From positions 1 through 24,565 of IMG/VR virus record IMGVR_UViG_3300005404_000032: DNA of 24,565 nt; one strand, given 5' to 3'. Position 1 is the first letter of the stretch. The number at the start of each line of letters is the position of its first letter. Source of the stretch: a virus. Its lineage: Duplodnaviria > Caudoviricetes. Shown here one piece after another: positions 7,586 through 16,972 of the stretch. Position numbers and translations under genes: made by a program. A model generated the notes under the pieces. The model made no database searches. It had not been told where the DNA came from and worked only from the letters and a program-made list of their open reading frames with translations.

Positions 7586-8442
7586 AAAAGTTTAAAACAC
7601 CCCTAAGATATCCTGGTGGTAAATCACGTGCTACTAAGATTCTTCTAGAGTACATACCAAATAACTTCGACTACTATGTCGAACCTTTTATTGGTGGTGG
7701 ATCTATGGCTATTGCTCTAACAAAGCAACGTCCAGATCTTAAGGTTGTTATCAATGATCTATACTATCCAGTCTTTGCTTTCTGGACTGCTCTTAGAGAC
7801 GCAGGTCCACAGATGCAATCACATCTTCATAACGTTAAGACATATCTGTCTAAGCACGAGGATAAAGAAGATGTATTGAAGGCACATAGAGAAGCATTCA
7901 ATAAGGCAAAGGATAAACTGAAAGAACACAAGGACATCTATGAGACAGCAGTTAATTTTTACATTTGCAACAAGTGTAGTTTCTCTGGTCTTAGCGAAAA
8001 CTCTTCTTTTTCTGCTCAGGCAAGTCAATCTAACTTTTCATTTAATGGCATAAATAGTCTACTGTGGTACCACCAAGCGATTAGATCTTGGAACATTACG
8101 AACCAAGATTACTCTCAGGTAATGAACCCCAGTGCATTCAATTTCTTAGATCCTCCTTACAGCATCAAAGACAACCTCTATGGTAGTAAGGGATCTTTAC
8201 ATAAGAACTTTGGACACCAGAAACTTGCAGATCTCTGTAATGTATTCTCTGGTAATATAATGCTCACTTACAATGCATCTAAGGATATTGAAAAATTATA
8301 TCCTGAGTACTCTAAGCTGAAGTGGGATCTCACATATACTATGAGATCAACACAGTCATATGGTGCTGACCAAGATAAGCGTAAAGAACTTCTTCTGGTC
8401 AATTATACGATCAACAACAGTACAGGTAACTGGTACAAGTAA
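7582..8442 (+). CDS. dam: DNA N6-adenine methyltransferase (Dam / D12 class)
   Basis: PLRYPGGKS, motif I EPFIGGGS, catalytic DPPY. Confidence 0.93.
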   Translation: MKKFKTPLRYPGGKSRATKILLEYIPNNFDYYVEPFIGGGSMAIALTKQRPDLKVVINDLYYPVFAFWTALRDAGPQMQSHLHNVKTYLSKHEDKEDVLKAHREAFNKAKDKLKEHKDIYETAVNFYICNKCSFSGLSENSSFSAQASQSNFSFNGINSLLWYHQAIRSWNITNQDYSQVMNPSAFNFLDPPYSIKDNLYGSKGSLHKNFGHQKLADLCNVFSGNIMLTYNASKDIEKLYPEYSKLKWDLTYTMRSTQSYGADQDKRKELLLVNYTINNSTGNWYK

Positions 8443-8648
8443 TGGGAAACCTAATTGCAAGGGCACGTGGTGGACGTGCACAACTAATTGACACTAAGAT
8501 GGGCGTAGTCCAAACTTTTGGTGTTGACGTAGCTAGTGCTATGGTCCAAGGAGATGAAGTAGTAGTGAATCTTACCTCAGGTAAGACACAGATCTACAGA
8601 TTCAATGCTTCTGGTCGTACCGTATTCGGACCTGTAAGAACCTATTAA
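8442..8648 (+). CDS. Hypothetical beta-rich protein (68 aa)
   Basis: TAATG coupling at both ends. Confidence 0.75.
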   Translation: MGNLIARARGGRAQLIDTKMGVVQTFGVDVASAMVQGDEVVVNLTSGKTQIYRFNASGRTVFGPVRTY

Positions 8649-8944
8649 TGACTGAAAAGATCGACACTCAGGGAATGAGTGGACCTACAACACAAGGTTG
8701 TAAGGATAATGTGTTTCCTAAAGATGAGAACGGTAATCCAATTTACCCACCAATGGATGTTACACCATTGACATTACTGGAACCACAACTTAGAATTGAA
8801 TTGAAGGATCTCATTAATGAGGTTCTAGATGAGAGAGAGTATAACAGGAAGATGAACGGACCATATGATATGCCAGAAGAAGATCAACCACCCACCTACA
8901 CTGAGTACAAACATCCTTGGTATGAGCACCTTGAAACTAAATGA
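8648..8944 (+). CDS. Hypothetical protein (98 aa)
   Basis: TAATG-coupled start; ELKDLINEVLDERE helix. Confidence 0.75.
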   Translation: MTEKIDTQGMSGPTTQGCKDNVFPKDENGNPIYPPMDVTPLTLLEPQLRIELKDLINEVLDEREYNRKMNGPYDMPEEDQPPTYTEYKHPWYEHLETK

Positions 8945-9305
8945 TTACCTCTATTCTATTAATCAATCCAAGAAGGATATATGGAATGAGGAAGACAAAA
9001 AGAACTATGTCCCCTATGTGATCAACAAGTGTCTTGCTGGTCAATTAGATTCTGTACTGCACGCAAATGAAATGAATGCTTCTGCTCATTTAGATAAGCG
9101 TTTACAGTATGATTATTACATAAATACCCTCAGACCTAGGAAGAGATTCTCTCCTTGGCTGAAGAAGTCTGCACTTGATGATCTTGACGCAGTAAAAACA
9201 TACTATGGATATAGTAATGAAAAAGCACGACAAGCATTAAAGGTATTGACTACATCACAGTTGAAAGAGATCCGATCCCTTATTGATACTGGTGGCAGTA
9301 AATGA
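8922..9305 (+). CDS. gp62: Clamp loader small subunit
   Basis: LNDYLYSINQSK, ANEMN, LQYDY, RKRFSPW, YYGYSNEKA. Probable start ATG 8922 rather than 8865. Confidence 0.93.
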   Translation: MSTLKLNDYLYSINQSKKDIWNEEDKKNYVPYVINKCLAGQLDSVLHANEMNASAHLDKRLQYDYYINTLRPRKRFSPWLKKSALDDLDAVKTYYGYSNEKARQALKVLTTSQLKEIRSLIDTGGSK

Positions 9306-9721
9306 CTGAAGAATTTGTAGAATGGAATGAGCAATCAATGATTGAGGTTGCTCTAAAGGAACCAGATGACTTCCTTAAGGTGAGAGAAACATTAACAAGG
9401 ATAGGTGTAGCTTCTCGTAAAGAAAAGAAGATCTATCAATCTTGTCACATCCTCCACAAACGTGGTAAATATTACATCGTTCACTTCAAGGAACTCTTCG
9501 CACTTGACGGTAAACAAACTAATCTAAGCATCAACGACGTACAACGTCGTAACAGAATTGCATCCCTCTTGTCAGATTGGGGATTATTGAGTATAATATC
9601 ATCTGAGAAGATCGATACTATAGCTCCCTTGAACCAGATCAAGGTTCTATCCTTTAAGGAGAAGGGAGAATGGATTCTAGAATCTAAGTATAATATCGGT
9701 AAGAAGAAAACAGAAACGTAA
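9302..9721 (+). CDS. regA: Translational repressor RegA
   Basis: PDDFLKVRETLTRIGVAS, QSCHILHKRGKYYIVHFKELFALDG. Confidence 0.97.
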   Translation: MTEEFVEWNEQSMIEVALKEPDDFLKVRETLTRIGVASRKEKKIYQSCHILHKRGKYYIVHFKELFALDGKQTNLSINDVQRRNRIASLLSDWGLLSIISSEKIDTIAPLNQIKVLSFKEKGEWILESKYNIGKKKTET

Positions 9722-10557
9722 TGGGATTAACATTTGAAGACTTTAAGGGTCGTATCATTCGACCCGATGAGATGAAATCGTTATTTGAAATCAATCCAAA
9801 CCGTAAGGAGTACACAGTAAAACTTCCTGATCCTTGGGAGCATAGGTATCTCGTGGTAGAGGATGTTCTTGTCAATCCTTATGATGTAAAGGATTTTCTT
9901 ATTCACTCATCTTATATTGCTGGTACTAATGATCTAATACCAGATAAGACTGGTGCACCAGGTATGCAACAACCTGTGGCTAACGAGTGGGTTAAATCTT
10001 TTATACTATATCTTAGACAACTTTTATACGATCTTAAGATTACACATAGAGACATAACGTGGTACGATTTTAATTGTTATTGTAATATGTTCTGGAAGAA
10101 TATGATTGCTATTGACAGTAACTACCGTCCACACGTGGATCCTGGTGATTTTGCATTCAATCTATTTCTATCAGATGATCTTCACGAAGATGAAGGTACT
10201 GCTGTGTTTGCTATTAATATGCCTGACGGACAGAAGTGGATTGATATTAGAGATATGGAAAGGAAATCTGGGATACATCCTAGATTGATTAGTCAGAGAA
10301 TGGATCAAGGTAGAGTAGGTGAAGGTCAGTTAGACAAGTGGAAATACTTTCAAGGTGATGACGTATATGAATATGTTACTACAGTACCAGCTGGATTTAA
10401 TTGTCTTTCTGGATATAGAGGATCTCTATTCCACACTGCTGTATATGATCCAAAGAATTATTCTGATGATCACGTACGGTATTCTTTCGTATCTATGTTA
10501 GCGTTAACCGCACCTTCTAAAAACAAATCATCTTTCATTACCCAAAAACCCGAATAA
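9721..10557 (+). CDS. Putative 2OG-Fe(II) oxygenase (HxD...H, DUF6445-like)
   Basis: RPHVD...GTAVF...LFHTA...VRYSF gives an HxD/H/R arrangement. Confidence 0.6.
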   Translation: MGLTFEDFKGRIIRPDEMKSLFEINPNRKEYTVKLPDPWEHRYLVVEDVLVNPYDVKDFLIHSSYIAGTNDLIPDKTGAPGMQQPVANEWVKSFILYLRQLLYDLKITHRDITWYDFNCYCNMFWKNMIAIDSNYRPHVDPGDFAFNLFLSDDLHEDEGTAVFAINMPDGQKWIDIRDMERKSGIHPRLISQRMDQGRVGEGQLDKWKYFQGDDVYEYVTTVPAGFNCLSGYRGSLFHTAVYDPKNYSDDHVRYSFVSMLALTAPSKNKSSFITQKPE

Positions 10558-10598
10558 ATTTGAGGGTTCTCACCACTACCACTTCTAGCTTCTTGTGG

Positions 10599-10605
10599 TT
10601 AAATA
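10599..10605 (+). promoter_or_regulatory. T4-type late promoter (TTAAATA) for hsp20
   Basis: Intergenic TAAATA core immediately before a structured 5' UTR. Confidence 0.65.
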
Positions 10606-10608
10606 GTA

Positions 10609-10653
10609 GTGTTGCCGAAAGGGACACAACTTAAACCTCGCTTAACTAAGGAG
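10609..10653 (+). ncRNA. Structured hsp20 5' UTR: GAAA-tetraloop hairpin plus an SD-sequestering hairpin (ROSE-like RNA thermometer candidate)
   Basis: GTGTTGCC-GAAA-GGGACAC (10609-10627) and CTC[G]CTT-AACT-AAGGAG (10637-10653), where UCGCU lies opposite the SD. Confidence 0.65.
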
Positions 10654-10660
10654 CAAACAA

Positions 10661-11092
10661 ATGAACATTCAAAGATATCGTGCTGCCGATCTTCCAGAAC
10701 TAATGGATCGGATCACAAGAAACAGCATTGGGATGGATGATTACCTTGATAAGTTTTTTAATCTACACGAAACTACAAGTAACTATCCTCCTTACAACCT
10801 TGTTCAGGTTAACAACGTAGAGTCTAGACTAGAGATTGCACTAGCTGGATTTAAGAAGGAAGAAGTACTAGTATATTCTGAGTATGGTAAACTCTTTGTG
10901 GAGGGTCAGAAGGAAGATAAAGAAACCGAACTTACATACCAACACAAAGGACTAGCTCAGAGATCCTTCAAGCGTGTCTGGACACTCTCTGATGAAACAG
11001 AAATCAGAGATGTAAAGTTTGAAGATGGTCTGTTGACTATCGAGTTAGGTAAGATCGTCCCTGAACACCACTCTCGTAAAGATTACCTTTAA
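10661..11092 (+). CDS. hsp20: Small heat shock protein (Hsp20/IbpA-like)
   Basis: NYPPYNL, LEIALAGF, HKGLAQRSFKR, FEDGLLTIEL; AAGGAG RBS. Confidence 0.96.
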   Translation: MNIQRYRAADLPELMDRITRNSIGMDDYLDKFFNLHETTSNYPPYNLVQVNNVESRLEIALAGFKKEEVLVYSEYGKLFVEGQKEDKETELTYQHKGLAQRSFKRVWTLSDETEIRDVKFEDGLLTIELGKIVPEHHSRKDYL

Positions 11093-11099
11093 CCATCTA

Positions 11100-11128
11100 A
11101 CCCCTTGACAAATGTCAGGGGGTCTTTT
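11100..11128 (+). terminator. Intrinsic terminator after hsp20
   Basis: ACCCCTTGAC-AAAT-GTCAGGGGGT stem (one G-U pair) followed by CTTTT. Confidence 0.75.
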
Positions 11129-11133
11129 ATAAT
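11105..11133 (+). promoter_or_regulatory. Perfect consensus sigma70 promoter TTGACA-N17-TATAAT driving the DNA polymerase operon
   Basis: -35 at 11105-11110, -10 at 11128-11133; embedded in the hsp20 terminator. Confidence 0.88.
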
Positions 11134-11151
11134 ATATAAAAATATTCTATA

Positions 11152-11508
11152 ATGTCTATCCAACTCCTGTTGATGAAAAGCGGTGAAGAAGTCATCGCTG
11201 ATGTTTATGAGATCAGAGACAAAGAAGGTATGCCTCAGGGGTTTGTCCTTAGAGAACCTCAGATCTGTAAGCTACTACCTAATGTAGAAGAACCTGATAA
11301 AGGACCAAATGTTCAGTTCCATAACTGGGCACCTCTATCACAACAAAGGAAATTCCTCGTTAAAGAACACGCATTTATTACAATGTGTGACCCCCTAGAT
11401 CCCCTTATTGAACATTTCAGAGAACGTTTTGGAGAAAGTGATGAAGAACTGTCAAGTGCTGGTGCTCAAGAACAACCAGATACTAGTGAGCCAACTGGAA
11501 CCGACTGA
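11152..11508 (+). CDS. Conserved cyanophage hypothetical protein, possible Sm-like fold
   Basis: IQLLLMKSGEEVIADV N-terminus; first gene after the promoter. Confidence 0.75.
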   Translation: MSIQLLLMKSGEEVIADVYEIRDKEGMPQGFVLREPQICKLLPNVEEPDKGPNVQFHNWAPLSQQRKFLVKEHAFITMCDPLDPLIEHFRERFGESDEELSSAGAQEQPDTSEPTGTD

Positions 11509-11716
11509 GGCAGAACTGCCAGGTGAACCAGATGTCAAGTTAATTGATCCCTGTGTGTTGAATACAGAAGGAGAAGAGAAAGGATCATTGACAAAATGGC
11601 TAGAAGGGATTACAATACAGAACGAGATGATGATCCATTCGGATCAGATTCTTACAATTGTCGAACCTGTTACTGTTCTTACTCAAGATTACAATGAAAT
11701 TCTACAAGAACGTTGA
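11441..11716 (+). CDS. Conserved cyanophage hypothetical protein, distant paralog of the upstream gene
   Basis: GGAGA at 11431 then ATG 11441 (MKNCQVLVLKNNQILVSQL); GEPDVKLIDP. Confidence 0.75.
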   Translation: MKNCQVLVLKNNQILVSQLEPTEAELPGEPDVKLIDPCVLNTEGEEKGSLTKWLEGITIQNEMMIHSDQILTIVEPVTVLTQDYNEILQER

Positions 11717-14177
11717 CCAAGTTGGTGATCGAATTCTTGTTAGAGGATGTGATGGGTATAAAGAAGTTCGTTTTCGTGACGAGTTTCGACCTACTCTCTA
11801 TGTAAACAGTAAGAAAGAGTCAAAGTTTTCCACCCTGTATGGAGAACCAGTTCGACCTATTCAACCAGGTACCATCCGAGACTGTAAGCAGTTCTGCCAA
11901 CAGTATGAGGAGGTAGATGGTTTTGATATATCTGGTAATCAGATGTATCTCTATCAATGGATCAGTGACAACTTCCCTGGTGAGGTTGACTATGATCCAA
12001 GTAAGATCCGTGTGTTCACGATCGATATTGAAACCGCAGCAGAGAACGGATTCCCCGACATCGAATCTGCTGATCAGGAAATCTTACTTATCTCAGTTAA
12101 GGACAGTTTCACTGGCTTGTATCACGTATGGGGTTCTAAACCTTTTACGAACAAGCACGCTGACGTATCGTACACACTCTGTGCTGACGAGCAGGAACTA
12201 CTACGGAAGTACCTCGCTTGGTGGATCGAGAATTATCCTGATGTTATTACAGGTTGGAATGTTCAACTGTTCGACGTTCCTTATATCTGTAATCGTTTGG
12301 ATCGTATCCTTGGAACCAAGGAAACCAAACTCTTTTCACCTTGGAAACTTTTAAGTTCCCGTGAAATTTATATACAGGGCAGAAAAAACATCTGTTATGA
12401 TGTATCGGGGATTACGGTGCTGGACTATCTTGATTTGTATAGGAAATTTACTTATACAAATCAGGAGTCTTACCGCTTGGATCACATAGCGTTAGTTGAG
12501 TTGGGATCTAAGAAGTTAGACCACTCAGAGTTCGACACCTTCAAGGAGTTCTATACCCAAGACTGGCAGAAATTTGTAGAGTATAACATCCACGACGTAC
12601 GTCTGGTTGATCAACTCGAAGACAAGATGAAGCTTATGGACTTGGCGTTTACGCTTGCGTATGATGCTAAGGTCAACCTTGAAGATGTCTTTTCACAGGT
12701 TAGGATGTGGGACAGTATAATCTATAATTATTTGCGTAAGAGGGATATCGTTATCCCTCCCAAGCATAGAAATCAAAAGTCTGACAAATACGCAGGTGCT
12801 TATGTCAAGGAACCGAAACCAGGACGCTATGACTGGGTTGTTAATTTTGACCTCAATAGCCTGTATCCTCATCTTATTATGCAATATAATATCTCCCCAG
12901 AAACCCTCAGGGAGACTAGACATCCCAGTGCGAGCGTTGAAGGGATCTTAAATGGAGAGGTGCAGATTGATGGGGATGATTGTGTTTGTGCTAACGGTGC
13001 TCAGTATCGTAAGGATGTACGGGGTTTTCTACCAGAATTGATGCAGAAGATTTACGATGAACGTAAGATCTATAAAGGTAATATGATTGAGGCTAAGAAG
13101 AAGTATGAGAAAGAACCTACCCTCACTCTAGAGAAACAGATCTCGAAGTTTAACAACTTCCAGATGGCACGTAAGATCCAATTGAACAGTGCTTATGGTG
13201 CTATTGGTAATGAGTACTTCAGGTATTATAAACTAGCAAACGCAGAGGCAATCACGTTGTCTGGACAGGTCTCTATCAGGTGGATAGAGAACAAGATGAA
13301 TGATTACCTAAATAAACTACTACAAACAAATAGTAAGGATTATGTTATTGCATCCGACACGGATTCAATATATCTTAATCTCGGACCTCTTGTTGATAAA
13401 TTTTTTAGTAATCGGGTTAGTGATAAGAGCAAGGTTGTTTCGCTACTCGATAAGATCTGTAAAGAGAAGATTGAACCGTACATTGATTCTAGCTACGAGG
13501 AACTTGCGACGTACGTTCAAGCATATGAACAGAAGATGATAATGAAGCGTGAGAACATAGCGGATCGTGGTATATGGACAGCAAAGAAACGCTACATTCT
13601 CAACGTATGGGATTCCGAGGGAGTAAGGTATAAAGAACCAAAGATGAAAATTATGGGATTGGAGACTGCGAGGTCTTCTGTTCCTCAGTACTTCAGAGAT
13701 CGTCTTAAGAAGGCGTTCAGACTTATTATGTCTGCTGATAATGAGACAGTTATTGAGTTCATCGATAACTGTAAGAAGGAGACTCGTGAGGCAGTAGTCT
13801 CTGACATTGCATTCCCACGTGGATGTAATGGTGTCACCAAGTACAATCATCCGTATGAGATTTACCAGAAAGGTACTCCCATACACGTACGTGGTGCGTT
13901 ACTGTACAATCACTACATCAAGGATAAGAAGATTCAACACAAGAATGCTTTTATTCAAGAGGGTGAGAAGATTAAGTTTGTCTATCTCAAGACACCTAAT
14001 CCTATTCAAGAGAACGTGATCTCATTCTTTCAGGACTTACCATCCGAGTTTAACCTGACCAAGTACATAGATCACGATAAACAATTTGAGAAAGCATTTT
14101 ACGAACCCTTGCGTAATGTGCTAGAATGTATTGGATGGAAGCCAGAACGTTCTGGTAGTCTTATGGAATTTTTCTAA
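11694..14177 (+). CDS. gp43: Family B DNA polymerase
   Basis: Exonuclease [25 protein letters not shown] and a C-terminal clamp-binding SLMEFF. Probable start ATG 11694 (MKFYKNV). No intein or intron evident. Confidence 0.98.
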   Translation: MKFYKNVDQVGDRILVRGCDGYKEVRFRDEFRPTLYVNSKKESKFSTLYGEPVRPIQPGTIRDCKQFCQQYEEVDGFDISGNQMYLYQWISDNFPGEVDYDPSKIRVFTIDIETAAENGFPDIESADQEILLISVKDSFTGLYHVWGSKPFTNKHADVSYTLCADEQELLRKYLAWWIENYPDVITGWNVQLFDVPYICNRLDRILGTKETKLFSPWKLLSSREIYIQGRKNICYDVSGITVLDYLDLYRKFTYTNQESYRLDHIALVELGSKKLDHSEFDTFKEFYTQDWQKFVEYNIHDVRLVDQLEDKMKLMDLAFTLAYDAKVNLEDVFSQVRMWDSIIYNYLRKRDIVIPPKHRNQKSDKYAGAYVKEPKPGRYDWVVNFDLNSLYPHLIMQYNISPETLRETRHPSASVEGILNGEVQIDGDDCVCANGAQYRKDVRGFLPELMQKIYDERKIYKGNMIEAKKKYEKEPTLTLEKQISKFNNFQMARKIQLNSAYGAIGNEYFRYYKLANAEAITLSGQVSIRWIENKMNDYLNKLLQTNSKDYVIASDTDSIYLNLGPLVDKFFSNRVSDKSKVVSLLDKICKEKIEPYIDSSYEELATYVQAYEQKMIMKRENIADRGIWTAKKRYILNVWDSEGVRYKEPKMKIMGLETARSSVPQYFRDRLKKAFRLIMSADNETVIEFIDNCKKETREAVVSDIAFPRGCNGVTKYNHPYEIYQKGTPIHVRGALLYNHYIKDKKIQHKNAFIQEGEKIKFVYLKTPNPIQENVISFFQDLPSEFNLTKYIDHDKQFEKAFYEPLRNVLECIGWKPERSGSLMEFF

Positions 14178-15193
14178 TGAGTTTTTTAAATTCAGTCATC
14201 AAAGAGATTGGTAATGAGTATGCAGCAGTCGCAGACCAAGGTATCGCTGCTGGTGATACTGCTAACTGGGTTGATACTGGCAGTTATATCTTTAACGCTT
14301 TGGTATCTGGTTCAGTCTACGGTGGAATACCATCAAATAAAGTCACAGCTCTTGCAGGCGAGTCAAGCACTGGCAAGACTTTCTTTGCCCTCAGCGTCTG
14401 TCGTCATTTTCTAGAGCAGAACCCTAAGGGTAATGTTCTATACTTTGAGTCAGAGTCTGCTATCTCCAAGGAGATGATGGCAGAGAGAGGACTTGATGTG
14501 TCACGTGTGGGTGTAGTACCTGTTGTCACTGTACAAGAGTTTCGTACACAGGCTATGAAGATAGTGTCTGAGTATGAGAAACTTAACAAAGATGATAGAC
14601 CACCACTGCTTATGGTACTAGATAGTTTAGGTAACTTATCTACTTCTAAAGAAATTGAAGATTCCGCAGCAGGAAAAGATACCAGAGATATGACACGAGC
14701 ACAAGTGATCAAGTCTATCTTTAGGGTCTTGACACTTAATCTTGGTCGAGCGAATATACCACTGCTAGTTACTAACCATACCTACGAAGTCGTGGGTAGC
14801 TATGTCCCAATGAAGGAGATGAGTGGTGGAACAGGACTTAAGTACGCTGCTTCTAACATTATTTTCTTATCGAAGGCTAAGGAGAAAGACGGTACCGAGG
14901 TTGTTGGCAATCTCATTACTGCCACAAATCGTAAATCCCGCTTTACAAAAGAGAATTCTAAGGTTAAAGTAAGGTTGTTCTTCGATGAGAGAGGTCTTGA
15001 CAAGTATTACGGACTATTGGAACTGGGTGAGAAGCACGGAATCTTTAACCGTGTGGGCAATAGGATTAAGTTTGGTGAAACTTCTGTTTATCCAAAGAGC
15101 ATTCTTGCTGATCCTGAGAAGTACTTCACTCCAGAAATAATGCAAGCACTAGACGAAGCAGCATCCAAGGAATTTAAGTACGGTAATGAATGA
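14177..15193 (+). CDS. uvsX: RecA-like recombinase
   Basis: Walker [34 protein letters not shown]. Confidence 0.96.
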   Translation: MSFLNSVIKEIGNEYAAVADQGIAAGDTANWVDTGSYIFNALVSGSVYGGIPSNKVTALAGESSTGKTFFALSVCRHFLEQNPKGNVLYFESESAISKEMMAERGLDVSRVGVVPVVTVQEFRTQAMKIVSEYEKLNKDDRPPLLMVLDSLGNLSTSKEIEDSAAGKDTRDMTRAQVIKSIFRVLTLNLGRANIPLLVTNHTYEVVGSYVPMKEMSGGTGLKYAASNIIFLSKAKEKDGTEVVGNLITATNRKSRFTKENSKVKVRLFFDERGLDKYYGLLELGEKHGIFNRVGNRIKFGETSVYPKSILADPEKYFTPEIMQALDEAASKEFKYGNE

Positions 15194-16562
15194 ACGCATT
15201 GAGAGGACTATCCTACGTAGTCTCTTCAGATCTGAAGATTACTATCGTAAGGTACTTCCCTTTATAAAATCCGAGTACTATGAAGAACTACACGAAAAGG
15301 TCATTTACGAAGAGATCCAAAAGTTCGCTTCTAAGTATGACCGTCTCCCGACCACGGAGGTTATACTCATTGAAGTCGAAGGAAGGCAAGATGTTTCTGA
15401 TGAGACTTATAGTCAAGTCAGAAGTGTCTGTGACTCTTTCCAAGATGTAGAGGATCCGACACAGGATTGGTTGTTTGATGCCACTGAGAAGTGGTGTAAA
15501 GATCGTGCTATCTACATAGCTTTGATGGAGTCTATCAAGCTAGCAGATGGCAAAGACGAGAAGAAGAGTAGGGATGCAATTCCTGACATTCTCAAAGAAG
15601 CTTTATCGGTCTCTTTTGATGATCATATTGGTCACGACTACTTGGTTGACTATCAAGAACGCTTTGATTTCTACACTACTGACGAGGAGAAAACTCCGTT
15701 TGATCTGGAATACTTCAATAAGATTACCAAGGGTGGTATCCCAAACAAAACACTCAATGTTGCTCTCGCAGGAACAGGAGTAGGTAAGTCACTCTTTATG
15801 TGTCACGTTGCAGCATCTTGTTTGTCGCAAGGAAAGAATGTGCTGTATATTACCCTTGAGATGGCAGAAGAAAAGATAGCAGAACGTATTGATGCTAACC
15901 TTCTCAACGTTAATATAAAGGACATACCAGATCTACCTAGGATGATCTTTGAATCTAAGGTAGCAGACCTGTCACGTAAGACACAGGGTAAACTTATCAT
16001 TAAAGAGTATCCTACTGCATCTGCACATTCAGGTCACTTCAGGGCATTGATGAATGAACTATCCTTGAAGAAGTCATTTGCACCTGACATTATATTCATC
16101 GACTACCTTAACATCTGTGCTAGTTCCAGATACAAAGGTGCTATTGTTAATTCCTACACTTATGTTAAAGCGATTGCAGAAGAACTTCGTGGTCTCGCCG
16201 TCGAGTTCGATCTCCCGATTATCTCAGCGACACAGACCACTCGTTCTGGCTTTGGTTCTACTGACGTTGATCTTACTGACACTTCTGAATCCTTCGGGTT
16301 ACCCGCTACTGCTGACTTTATGTTTGCTCTTATATCTTCTGAAGAACTTGAAGCCCAGAATCAGATAATGGTCAAGCAGTTAAAGAACAGGTACAATGAT
16401 CCTACAATGTATAGAAGATTTGTTGTAGGTATTGACAGAGCGAAGATGAAGCTGTATGATGTTGAACAAGGTAAGGATGCTGAAGCAGAGGCTAAAGACA
16501 TCGACTTCACCCCTGACTTTGATAAAAAATCTTCATCTAAATTTGCAGACTTTGTAGTATGA
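15186..16562 (+). CDS. gp41: Replicative DNA helicase (DnaB-like)
   Basis: [49 protein letters not shown]. Confidence 0.97.
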   Translation: MNERIERTILRSLFRSEDYYRKVLPFIKSEYYEELHEKVIYEEIQKFASKYDRLPTTEVILIEVEGRQDVSDETYSQVRSVCDSFQDVEDPTQDWLFDATEKWCKDRAIYIALMESIKLADGKDEKKSRDAIPDILKEALSVSFDDHIGHDYLVDYQERFDFYTTDEEKTPFDLEYFNKITKGGIPNKTLNVALAGTGVGKSLFMCHVAASCLSQGKNVLYITLEMAEEKIAERIDANLLNVNIKDIPDLPRMIFESKVADLSRKTQGKLIIKEYPTASAHSGHFRALMNELSLKKSFAPDIIFIDYLNICASSRYKGAIVNSYTYVKAIAEELRGLAVEFDLPIISATQTTRSGFGSTDVDLTDTSESFGLPATADFMFALISSEELEAQNQIMVKQLKNRYNDPTMYRRFVVGIDRAKMKLYDVEQGKDAEAEAKDIDFTPDFDKKSSSKFADFVV

Positions 16563-16972
16563 CCCAAACTAAAGTAGACATCAATCAGTATATGGAATTT
16601 GTGGATGGTACCACAAGTCAACCATCTAAGAACAATCAGGAGTTCATTCATAGAATTCAGGAGCTAGACAAAGAGGGTGTAGATATTGCACGTCTCTTGA
16701 CTGCTGCTATTGGTCTTAGTGCTGAAGGTGGTGAGTTCGCAGAGATTGTAAAGAAGGTTACTTTCCAAGGAAAGGTATTAACTGGTGACACTAAAACACA
16801 TTTGCTTCGTGAACTAGGTGATGTGTTCTGGTACTACAGTCAAGCTTGTATGGCATTAGGATTTGATTTTGATAAAGTTGTAGCACAGAATATGGCTAAG
16901 TTACTTGCTAGATATCCTACTGGATCTTTTGAAGTAACTAGATCTGAAAATAGGCAAGCAGGGGATCTATAA
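16559..16972 (+). CDS. mazG: MazG-like nucleotide pyrophosphohydrolase
   Basis: GLSAEGGEFAEIVKK...ELGDVFWY...N..KL..RYP. Confidence 0.93.
   Translation: MTQTKVDINQYMEFVDGTTSQPSKNNQEFIHRIQELDKEGVDIARLLTAAIGLSAEGGEFAEIVKKVTFQGKVLTGDTKTHLLRELGDVFWYYSQACMALGFDFDKVVAQNMAKLLARYPTGSFEVTRSENRQAGDL

Noticed and set aside
10547-10611. Short complementary segments upstream of the hsp20 promoter (AACCC/GGGTT; CACTAC/GTAGTG)
   Set aside because: Stems of only 5-6 bp with large loops and no U-tract; too weak to support without covariation.
11694-16562. Inteins or introns in gp43, uvsX and gp41
   Set aside because: The ORFs are uninterrupted, of ordinary length, and show no splicing or LAGLIDADG motifs.
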